A stretch of DNA of 32,000 bases from an uncultured Akkermansia sp. Lineage in GTDB: Bacteria; Verrucomicrobiota; Verrucomicrobiia; Opitutales; Opitutaceae. Position 1 is the first letter of the stretch, and the number at the start of each line of letters is the position of its first letter. Made by a program: the position numbers and the translations under genes. Where the stretch lies: contig CBINGR010000003.1 in assembly GCA_966250295.1 (NCBI GenBank), forward strand, positions 1 through 32,000. Direction: 5' to 3'. Below, one piece after another: positions 25,385 to 32,000 of the stretch. The notes under the pieces were generated by a model that saw only the letters and a list, made by a program, of their open reading frames with translations, made no database searches and was not told where the DNA came from.

Positions 25385-25565
25385 GCGAAGGTATTAACTG
25401 CGAAGGGCTGCGAAGAGGCGCGAAGGCAGATTTAACCACAGATAACGGATAGACACAGATGCCCAATTCATGGGTTCTTATCTGTGTTCATCCGTGTGAT
25501 CTGTGGTCAACGTTTCGAGGATTCGATTTGAACGGATCGGTTTCGCGCCTCTTGGCGTCCCTCGC
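25385..25565. repeat. nested composite palindrome: outer GCGAAG/CNTCGC arrays enclosing inner CACAGAT/ATCTGTG arrays
   Basis: Outer left: gcgaag at 25385, 25400, 25410 and 25420. Inner left: cacagat 25437, aacggat 25444, cacagat 25454. Inner right: atctgtg 25480, atccgtg 25490, atctgtg 25499. Outer right: tttcgc 25541, cttggc 25551, cctcgc 25560. It lies between the convergent cysN and permease genes. Confidence 0.8.
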
Positions 25566-25574
25566 GGTTTATAA

Positions 25575-26444
25575 TCACTTGATTCCCGCCCCAGCCTCCG
25601 TCGGCACGATATAGCGTTGCAGCCAGCGGAAGCAGAACATGACCGGCAGCGTGGCGAGGACGGCCCCCGCCAAAATGTCGCCCCAGCGGATCGGCGGCTG
25701 GGTAAAGAGATTCGCGAGACTGAGCTGCACGGTGCGGGATTCCTCGCGAGTGGCGACCAGCAGGGGCCAGAGAAAGTCCCCCCAGTGCGCGAGCAGGTCG
25801 AGCACGACCACGGTCGCGAGAGCCGGCTTTACGGCGGGCAAGGCCACGTTCCAAAACAAACGCCAGGGGCCGGCCCCGTCCATCACCGCCGCCTCCTCGA
25901 GCGCCCGCGGCACGGCGAGAAAATGCTGCCGCAGGAAGTAGAGGTTAAAAGCCTTGGCGAAAAAAGGCAGAGTCAGCCCAGCCATCGCCGCACCCGGGCC
26001 GCCGCTCAGGCCGAGATCGCGCACGGTGAACAGGAGCGGCACCGCGAGGACCTCGATCGGCAGGACGATCAGCGTGACGACCACCGCGAAGCAGGCCTCG
26101 CGGCCGGGAAAACGCAGCCGCGCGAAGGCGTAGGCCGCGGTGGTGTTCACCGCGAGTCCGCCGCTCGCGATGAGCAGCACCTGCAACACCGAATTGAGCA
26201 GCCCTCGCCCCAGGTCCGCGCGACGCCAGGCATCGGCATAGTGGGATAGCGTCCAGCCTTCCGCCTCGAACCAGCCGGCGGCGCCGCTTTGGAAAATGCG
26301 CCCCTCCTCGCGAAACGAGGCGAGCAGCATCCAGAGCAAGGGCGCGAGGAACAGGCCTGCGACCGCCAGGCTAGCCAGCCACGGGACGAGACGAAGCGGG
26401 CGGGCGATCCCGCCGGGGCGGACGGCTTGGACGCGGCGATTCAT
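25575..26444 (-). CDS. carbohydrate ABC transporter permease (MalG/UgpE-like)
   Basis: Six hydrophobic segments and the EAA loop LEEAAVMDGAGPWRLFWNVALPAVKP. Its start overlaps the upstream permease stop (ATGA on the minus strand at 26441-26444). Confidence 0.88.
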   Translation of the reverse strand: MNRRVQAVRPGGIARPLRLVPWLASLAVAGLFLAPLLWMLLASFREEGRIFQSGAAGWFEAEGWTLSHYADAWRRADLGRGLLNSVLQVLLIASGGLAVNTTAAYAFARLRFPGREACFAVVVTLIVLPIEVLAVPLLFTVRDLGLSGGPGAAMAGLTLPFFAKAFNLYFLRQHFLAVPRALEEAAVMDGAGPWRLFWNVALPAVKPALATVVVLDLLAHWGDFLWPLLVATREESRTVQLSLANLFTQPPIRWGDILAGAVLATLPVMFCFRWLQRYIVPTEAGAGIK

Positions 26445-27334
26445 TCGCGGTCCTCCCGGGAGAGATGGCGTTGCAGCCAGGCGAGTCCTCCCACGAAGGC
26501 CAGGAACAGCAGCGCGGCCGCGCAGGCGCGCCCCAGATCCTGGCTGACGAAGGTCGTTTCATAGACCGACTGGATGAGCGAGAGCGTGCGGTTGCCCGGC
26601 CCGCCGCGGGTCATGAGATAGGGCTGCACGAAGAGGCGGAAGGCGAGGATGGTCGTCACCGTCACGACGAAGACGATCGTGTTGCGCATCGCCGGCAGCA
26701 CCACCTGCCGCACACGTTGCCACGGGCCCGCGCCGTCGATCCGCGCTGCATCCAGCAGCTCCTTCGGCACGGTCTGCAGGCCGGCGAGAAAAACCATCAT
26801 CTGCAGGCCGACTCCCTGCCAGATGGACATGAAGGCCAGGGCCGGCAGCGCCAGCGCGGGGTCGCGCAGCCAGGCCTGCGGCGGCAGGCCGAGTAGGCCG
26901 GCTGCTGCGTTCACCGGTCCCATTCCCCCGTCGGCCTGCGCCGGTTGGTAAAGCAGCGTCCACACCACCGCGAGCACTGGCATGGCCACGATCGTGGGCA
27001 CGAAAAACACGCCGCGCAACCAGCGCCAGGCCGGTTCCGGACGGTTGACCCAAAGGGCCAGGAAAAAAGCCAGCACGGTTTGCGCCGGCACGACCAGCAG
27101 GGCGAAGAGCCAGGTGTTGCCGAAGGCCTGGCGGAAACGTGCGTCGCCCCACAGCCCGGCATAGTTGGCCCAGCCTGCGAACTGGCTCTCTTCCGGCGCG
27201 AGCAGGTCGGCGTTGGTGAAGCTCCACGCCACCGCGCGCCCGAGCGGCCAGAGCGCGAAAACCGCCAGGAGCAGGGCCGCGGGCAGAAGAAACCACGGCG
27301 CCTGGCGCGCCCGAGCCTTTTCCCAGGCGGTCAT
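26441..27334 (-). CDS. carbohydrate ABC transporter permease (MalF/UgpA-like)
   Basis: A start at 27334 (MTAWEKARARQAPWFLLPAALLLAVFALWP) overlaps the binding-protein stop. EAA loop LLDAARIDGAGPWQRVRQVVLPAMRN. The 525-aa ORF-track version adds an Arg/Gly-rich extension that runs through the upstream gene. Confidence 0.85.
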   Translation of the reverse strand: MTAWEKARARQAPWFLLPAALLLAVFALWPLGRAVAWSFTNADLLAPEESQFAGWANYAGLWGDARFRQAFGNTWLFALLVVPAQTVLAFFLALWVNRPEPAWRWLRGVFFVPTIVAMPVLAVVWTLLYQPAQADGGMGPVNAAAGLLGLPPQAWLRDPALALPALAFMSIWQGVGLQMMVFLAGLQTVPKELLDAARIDGAGPWQRVRQVVLPAMRNTIVFVVTVTTILAFRLFVQPYLMTRGGPGNRTLSLIQSVYETTFVSQDLGRACAAALLFLAFVGGLAWLQRHLSREDRE

Positions 27335-28653
27335 GGCCGGGCCTCCTTTTCCCTCCGCTCGCGCCGGTCGATCACGGCCTGGATTTCGTCCTCGGCTCGC
27401 CGCAGGCTCGCCTCCACCTCGGCACCGCGCGCGATGTCGCGCAGGGCGGCGGCGAAGCGGCTGGTGAGTGTCGCGTAGAAAGGCGTGCGCGGCCGCGCGC
27501 GCGCGGTGTTTTCCAATTGGGCGCGGAAGAGGCTGTAGGGCTCCGCCGCATACTCCGGAAAGGCCGCGAAGGCCGAGCGCCGGGCCGGCACCGCGCCGTT
27601 CGCGCGCACCAGGGGTGCCACGCCGGTGCGCGAGTCTGTGATCCAGCGCACCCACTCCGCCGCGAGGGCCGGGTCGGCCGCGCGGGCCGAGACGCCCCAG
27701 CACCAGCTCCCGCAGGGCGCCGCGGCCTTTTCGCCCAGGCGGGGCAGGGGCATCGCGCCGAGGCGCGAGCCTTTTTTCGCGAGGTGCGAGCGCGCCATCC
27801 AGTGCCCGCTCCAGTCGAGCGCCACCTTGCCGCTGCCGAAGGGATCGGGATCCACCGGATCGGTCGCGGCGAATTTCCGGGCGAAAAGCTCCTGCCAGGC
27901 ACGCAACGCCCGAATGTTTTCCGCCGAGGCGAGCACGCCGCGCACCCGTGGGGCATCGGGCGCGATTAGGTCTCCGCCGCCGCTCCACAACACCGGGCTG
28001 AAGGCATAGGTGAACCACTCGTCGGCGCTTTCGTCCATGTGCAGGGCCAGAGGCTCGATGCCCGCACCGCGGAGCTTTTCGCAGGCCGCGACAAAGTCCG
28101 GCCAGCCCCAGCCCGCCCCACCCCGCGGTGGCGCCACGCCCGCGCGGCCCAGCAGGTCGCGGTCGTAATAAAGCACGAGCGCCGAGTCGAAGGCACCGAG
28201 CGCGTAGAGTTTTCCCTCCACCGTGCCTTGCTCAAGGATTGTGGGGAGAAAGTCGTCGAGCTCGGCGCGGCTGAACCATGGGCCGAGCGGGGCGAGCAGG
28301 CCGGCTTTGGCGAAGCGCGCCACGAGCGGGCCGTCCAGATCGAAGGCATCGGGCAGATCCCGCGCCGCCGCGGCGATGGCGAGTTTTTCGGCGTACTGGA
28401 AATCGGGGAAGAAGCTCAGCTCCACCCATAGTCCCCGGGCGGCTTGGGCGGCGTTGAAGGCGGCGGCGATCTCCCGCAGTGCGCGGTTTTCCGCCTCCTG
28501 TCCCTGATGGGACCAGACACGGAGCGTGCGCGACTCGGTTCCCAAGGCGGCGAGGGCAAGGAGGCGACCGCCGATCGGCGCGACGAAGAAGAGAAAAACG
28601 CCCAATGCGGCCAGCCACGTTTTCGGTCGGCGATTGGGGCGGAGCGCGTGCAT
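27331..28653 (-). CDS. ABC transporter extracellular solute-binding protein (family 1, sugar type)
   Basis: N-terminal anchor/signal KTWLAALGVFLFFVAPIGG. About 440 aa, with Trp/Asp-rich periplasmic binding-protein composition. It is first in the operon with the two permeases. The substrate is unknown. Confidence 0.85.
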   Translation of the reverse strand: MHALRPNRRPKTWLAALGVFLFFVAPIGGRLLALAALGTESRTLRVWSHQGQEAENRALREIAAAFNAAQAARGLWVELSFFPDFQYAEKLAIAAAARDLPDAFDLDGPLVARFAKAGLLAPLGPWFSRAELDDFLPTILEQGTVEGKLYALGAFDSALVLYYDRDLLGRAGVAPPRGGAGWGWPDFVAACEKLRGAGIEPLALHMDESADEWFTYAFSPVLWSGGGDLIAPDAPRVRGVLASAENIRALRAWQELFARKFAATDPVDPDPFGSGKVALDWSGHWMARSHLAKKGSRLGAMPLPRLGEKAAAPCGSWCWGVSARAADPALAAEWVRWITDSRTGVAPLVRANGAVPARRSAFAAFPEYAAEPYSLFRAQLENTARARPRTPFYATLTSRFAAALRDIARGAEVEASLRRAEDEIQAVIDRRERREKEARP

Positions 28654-28682
28654 GGCTCACGCATGCTCGCGACTCCGCGATG

Positions 28683-28788
28683 CGCAAGGCGGGCGGAAGA
28701 TTTGAACCGCGAAACCGCCAGGCACGCGTGAGATCGCGAAGTCGGATCCCGTTTCCCGCCTTCTTCGCGCACCTTCGTGTACTTCGCG
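28683..28788. repeat. inverted arrays of phased 7-mers (CGCGAAG-like / CTTCGYG x3) in a divergent promoter region
   Basis: Left: cgcaag 28683, gcggaag 28693, cgcgaaa 28708, cgcgaag 28735. Right: cttcgcg 28763, cttcgtg 28773, cttcgcg 28782. The gatttgaac motif at 28699 is shared with 25525. Confidence 0.7.
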
Positions 28789-28839
28789 GTTTATTCCTCG
28801 GTTTGAACGTCGCCGGGTCGCATCGGTCTATCGTGTTTC

Positions 28840-29319
28840 ATGATCGGTCAATATTCGCGGTATTGGTTGCTCGGGGCCCTGCTTTTCAGCGCGGGTGAGA
28901 GCGCGGAGGATGCGGCTGCCGCTCCGGTCCCGTCGTCGCCTCCCGCCGGGGAGGTGACGGTGTTGCCGCCCCTGGAGGTCACGGCCACTCGGGAGAATCC
29001 CTTGGCTAAAGAACTGCGTGAGCATGACCGCGAGGCAGAGGGGGAGAAAACGGCCGAAAGGGCGCATCGGCACGGGCTGCTCAGTCGCGTTCTCAACGGC
29101 TGGAAACTACCCCTCTTTACCAGCAAGCTCACCGCGGACCGGCTTGCCGAAGGTTCGAGCCGTCGCGCCGAGATCATGGATCTGGAGCGGGGTTTGATTG
29201 TGGCTATTCATCAGGCCGAGACCAAGGAGGAGAAGCGCGCGCTGAAGGCGGATCTCGCGGCCTTGCGCGATTTGCGGCGCGTCACGGTCGCAGCAGATAA
29301 ACGGACCTCGGGCCCGTGA
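28840..29319 (+). CDS. hypothetical small secreted protein
   Basis: Signal-like N-terminus MIGQYSRYWLLGALLFSAGES, GC-rich third codon positions, and a charged helical C-terminal half. I recognise no family. Confidence 0.5.
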   Translation: MIGQYSRYWLLGALLFSAGESAEDAAAAPVPSSPPAGEVTVLPPLEVTATRENPLAKELREHDREAEGEKTAERAHRHGLLSRVLNGWKLPLFTSKLTADRLAEGSSRRAEIMDLERGLIVAIHQAETKEEKRALKADLAALRDLRRVTVAADKRTSGP

Positions 29320-29452
29320 GCGATTTGAGCAGAAAAACCCGGAGGCGATTTACCAGGGGGAACACGGAGGATCTATTTTGCGCCCTCTGCGTTTATCGGC
29401 TGGATGGATTGGTTTCGCCGTCCTGGCGCTCCCCCCGTTCGTTCTTTGCGGT

Positions 29453-30790
29453 TTATTTTCCTGCGGCGAGGATTTCCGCTATCCTAACAGCGATGAGATC
29501 GTTGCCCCGTTTATTCACATGGCAGCAGGAGTCTTCGTAAAGCGGCTCTTCGATGGTTTTGAAAACCATGGAGAGATCGGTGAAATTTACGCCGTCCCGG
29601 CGTAGCGCGTTACCATGCGCCAGCAGATAAGGATAGCCGTTTTCAACGCATGTTTTGCCGGGGTAACGGCTAGTGCTCCACGTATAAGCAACGGCCCTTT
29701 CGTCCTCGCTCATCGGTTTGGAATCCCGGACGTATTGATTCGGCTGCAAAAAATGAAGGTAGGTCATGTCGCGTGCCCGGCAGAGCTCGTTCATCTGCCG
29801 TGAACAGGATTCCCAGTAAGCGCCCATCGCATCGTAGAATTCCTCCGCCGCGGTGTATTTGGGAGCCGCCGGGCCGAATCTCTCTGCCGATCGCGTCGCC
29901 TGTTTCCGCCTTAACGCCTCCTCAAGGGACTGATCCGCCACGGTGATCTCGTTTCGCACCCGCGAGTCCAGAACTTCAAACCAGAGGAGACAGAAATTGC
30001 TCCGGCGTGACCACCAGCCCGAGAAACGTCGCCGCAATTGTTCCTCCTTCTCCCGCAGCCGGATGACCTCCGCCATTTCGGGCGTGAACCAATCCGAACC
30101 CAATTGGGAGGTGTAAAGCGGCCATGCCCTCGGGAAAAAAGGGAATATATCGGCCGGCACGTTTTCGATGAAGGGCAGGACCAGTTCGTTAAAGCCGTCG
30201 AGATTGATGACCGCGTCGTAGCTCGCTCCCAACGAAATGAAATAGTTCAAAGCCAGCAGTTGCTGGGGCTGTTTCCATCCGCTCATCGCCAGGGAGACAA
30301 CCGTGATCTCTTCCGTGCCGTGGAATCCCCGTTTTTTCAGTTCCTCCACCAGCGTCTCGCGAGAATCCAAATAGAGATTCATGGCGAAGGACCCACCCAA
30401 AATGCAGAGGGTGACGGCCCCCTTCTTTTTTTTCTGGAGAGGACTGGGCCCGGGGAAGCCGAATTCGTTGACGGTCTGGGTGCGGCCCTGCCGTGAAAAT
30501 TCCCAGTCCGCCGTATAAATTCCCGGACTAGCGACAAAACCCAGATACGGATGAAGGATGTGATTTCGAAAAACCTCGGGCCTTTGCGAACTCACCACTG
30601 TGATGTCCCCGGCTTGCGGCGAGTTCTGCCCGGGCATCAGCTTTTCCAAGCTGCGCGCCTTTGAAAACGGCTGATGGAGCACCAGGCGATAAAGCGCCGG
30701 GGTGGCCAGTTCGAGCGATACCGAGGTTATCAGGCATGCCGACACCGCGAAAACCGCACGAAAAAGCCAGATCCGCCTCGGAGTGTTCAT
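29453..30790 (-). CDS. membrane-anchored hypothetical protein, possibly SGNH/GDSL-hydrolase-like (AlgX/AlgJ-style)
   Basis: N-terminal TM segment IWLFRAVFAVSACLITSV. A candidate block I sits in LCILGGSFAMN, and a C-terminal DxxH-type block in YEDSCCHVNKRGNDLIAVRIAE. The fold assignment is tentative. Confidence 0.7.
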   Translation of the reverse strand: MNTPRRIWLFRAVFAVSACLITSVSLELATPALYRLVLHQPFSKARSLEKLMPGQNSPQAGDITVVSSQRPEVFRNHILHPYLGFVASPGIYTADWEFSRQGRTQTVNEFGFPGPSPLQKKKKGAVTLCILGGSFAMNLYLDSRETLVEELKKRGFHGTEEITVVSLAMSGWKQPQQLLALNYFISLGASYDAVINLDGFNELVLPFIENVPADIFPFFPRAWPLYTSQLGSDWFTPEMAEVIRLREKEEQLRRRFSGWWSRRSNFCLLWFEVLDSRVRNEITVADQSLEEALRRKQATRSAERFGPAAPKYTAAEEFYDAMGAYWESCSRQMNELCRARDMTYLHFLQPNQYVRDSKPMSEDERAVAYTWSTSRYPGKTCVENGYPYLLAHGNALRRDGVNFTDLSMVFKTIEEPLYEDSCCHVNKRGNDLIAVRIAEILAAGK

Positions 30791-30837
30791 GGTTGCCTGG
30801 ATTTATCGAATGGCCGCGGCCGATATCGCCGAGAGGA

Positions 30838-31035
30838 TCAAAACAGGGTGTAAATGAACGGCGCGGCGCTGCTCGCGCCGAGGATGACGATCACGCCGAC
30901 GAGCAGCAGGGCCAGGATAATGGGGGTAAGCCAGTATTTCTTGTTCTGCTTCATCATCGCCAGAAATTCGGCACCTAAGCCTGCATTTCCAGCCGCTCCG
31001 GCACTCTCGAACTCGCTTGGTCTTTTTTTGTTCAT
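30838..31035 (-). CDS. DUF5989-family small membrane protein (SxtK-like)
   Basis: From ATG 31035: ...FLAMMKQNKKYWLTPIILALLLVGVIVILGASSAAPFIYTLF. The KK(Y/F)WL motif, a single TM segment and the terminal PFIYTLF are the family signature as I recall it. AAGGA lies 8 nt upstream. Confidence 0.8.
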   Translation of the reverse strand: MNKKRPSEFESAGAAGNAGLGAEFLAMMKQNKKYWLTPIILALLLVGVIVILGASSAAPFIYTLF

Positions 31036-31061
31036 ACAATTTCCTTCAGGCATCGGCAGAT

Positions 31062-31499
31062 TCAAAATTGCCGGTAGTAACGTTTCGCGTCGGTCACCTT
31101 TTCCGACGCCTCCCAGTAACTGGCCCGGCCTTTATCGAATCCCTTGGAGAAGGCATCGCGGCAGGCCACGCGCCGGAAGAACCCGAAGGGAGTGAACACC
31201 AGATAGAAAAAAAGGCTGAACAGGACATTCCCTGTCACTATGCCGATACAGCAGGCGACGAAATACCAGGCCACGTAGAAGGGGCGGGCGATTTGCGGCA
31301 CCAGGAACAATAAGGTGCCCACCACGAGCCCGCTGATGCCCAGCCATAAAAAGTAGGGTTTCCAGGAATGCTTCGCCACCCAAAGGGCGAGGGAGAAAAA
31401 CACCGCGATGGCCGGAAAGCCGATGATCAGGCTGAGCGCGAATTTTTTTCGCGCTCGCAGGTCCGGGTTCCACTGCACTTCTGCAAACGGGTTTATCAT
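31062..31499 (-). CDS. SxtJ-family membrane protein
   Basis: 145 aa with 3-4 TM segments and the motif FFYLVFTPFGFFRRVACRDAF, typical of SxtJ-like proteins. It sits between the carbamoyltransferase and DUF5989 genes, as in the conserved trio. Confidence 0.78.
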   Translation of the reverse strand: MINPFAEVQWNPDLRARKKFALSLIIGFPAIAVFFSLALWVAKHSWKPYFLWLGISGLVVGTLLFLVPQIARPFYVAWYFVACCIGIVTGNVLFSLFFYLVFTPFGFFRRVACRDAFSKGFDKGRASYWEASEKVTDAKRYYRQF

Positions 31500-31505
31500 G
31501 GCCTG

Positions 31506-32000
31506 TCAGTCCAAGGAGAAACCGCCGATGTACTTATCCCGCTCGGCTTCTGACGCCGTGGGTTGCTCGGCCTTGTAGAGCACGTGATTTTCCAGCACGA
31601 GCAGGTCCATGTCCGAAGCCATGAAACACCGGTAGGCGTCTTCCGGCGTGCAAACGATCGGCTCGCCGCGGACGTTGAAACTGGTGTTGATAAGGACGCC
31701 GCAGCCGGTCTTCCGTTTGAATTCGCGAAGGAGCCGGTAATACCGTCCGTGCTTTTCCTCATCCACCGTCTGGATGCGCGCCGACATATCCACATGCGTG
31801 ACGGCCGGGAGTGTGGAGCGTTTTATATTTACCCGCCTGCGGAGGTCGGGATCCTTCATTGCGCGCTTTTGTTCTTCGCCCACTTCGCATCGCAGCTCCT
31901 TCCGTACGGAGGCCACCAGCAGCATGTAAGGCGACGAGCGATCGAGCTCGAAATACGTGGAAGCGTCTTCGGCCAGCACACTCGGCGCGAAAGGCCGGAA
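31506..32000 (-). CDS. carbamoyltransferase (NodU/CmcH/SxtI family), C-terminal part only (N-terminus lies outside the window)
   Basis: The frame is open to the window edge: FRPFAPSVLAEDASTYFE...PAVTHVDMSARIQTV...VLINTSFNVRGEPIVCTPEDAYRCF, conserved C-terminal carbamoyltransferase motifs. Confidence 0.88.
   Translation of the reverse strand, partial: FRPFAPSVLAEDASTYFELDRSSPYMLLVASVRKELRCEVGEEQKRAMKDPDLRRRVNIKRSTLPAVTHVDMSARIQTVDEEKHGRYYRLLREFKRKTGCGVLINTSFNVRGEPIVCTPEDAYRCFMASDMDLLVLENHVLYKAEQPTASEAERDKYIGGFSLD

Noticed and set aside
22111-28788. Possibility that the short phased repeats are CRISPR arrays
   Set aside because: The units are only 7 nt at 9-10-nt spacing, with 3-4 copies, and they are arranged as inverted arms rather than direct repeats separated by unique 25-40-nt spacers. 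No cas genes are present.
28840-29319. The small secreted ORF as an N-terminal fragment or pseudogene of a TonB-dependent receptor (VTVLPPLEVTATRE resembles receptor N-terminal extensions)
   Set aside because: Only a roughly 14-aa resemblance exists. No plug or barrel sequence follows in any frame, and the ORF ends cleanly before a convergent gene.
1-32000. Search for tRNA, rRNA, integrase, transposase or prophage boundaries that would define a genomic island around the ATPase pair or the RHS tip
   Set aside because: I recognised no cloverleaf-like sequences, rRNA signatures, or recombinase/transposase motifs (tyrosine/serine recombinase, DDE) in any long ORF. Absence by eye is not proof, and a tRNAscan/ISfinder run would settle it.

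Overview
High-GC bacterial chromosomal segment. Hand counts of 60-nt lines give 49/60 G+C inside the large gene at 1621-1680. The first ~800 nt are much lower: 26/60 at 181-240 and 29/60 at 541-600. The protein repertoire (pectate-lyase/PATR giant exoprotein, exosortase with a PEP-CTERM target, DUF2339) suggests a Verrucomicrobia/Opitutaceae-like organism, but that is inference only. Reading left to right: (1) the 3' end of an RHS polymorphic toxin gene with a short Cys-rich C-terminal toxin domain and a tightly linked small ORF that is probably its immunity gene, both in the low-GC block; (2) a 1556-aa secreted multidomain protein; (3) an M50 protease, a TPR-like protein, an exosortase::EpsI fusion and one VPES-CTERM substrate; (4) a translationally coupled ABC-type ATPase plus small TOPRIM-like protein, which is my best candidate for an undescribed defence-type system; (5) MarR, a 1052-aa DUF2339-like membrane protein and an Aas-like acyltransferase/acyl-ACP synthetase; (6) housekeeping genes (amidohydrolase, BFN nuclease, Dus, cysC-cysD-cysN); (7) a sugar ABC importer without its ATPase; (8) a carbamoyltransferase, SxtJ, DUF5989 and an SGNH-like gene, a conserved cluster of unknown function. 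Five gene junctions are ATGA start/stop overlaps (9000, 12610, 16997, 26441, 27331). Several intergenic regions carry an unusual repeat family: inverted arrays of 7-mers phased every 9-10 bp. I found no rRNA, tRNA, CRISPR array, integrase or transposase. All family assignments come from motif recognition by eye, with no searches run.
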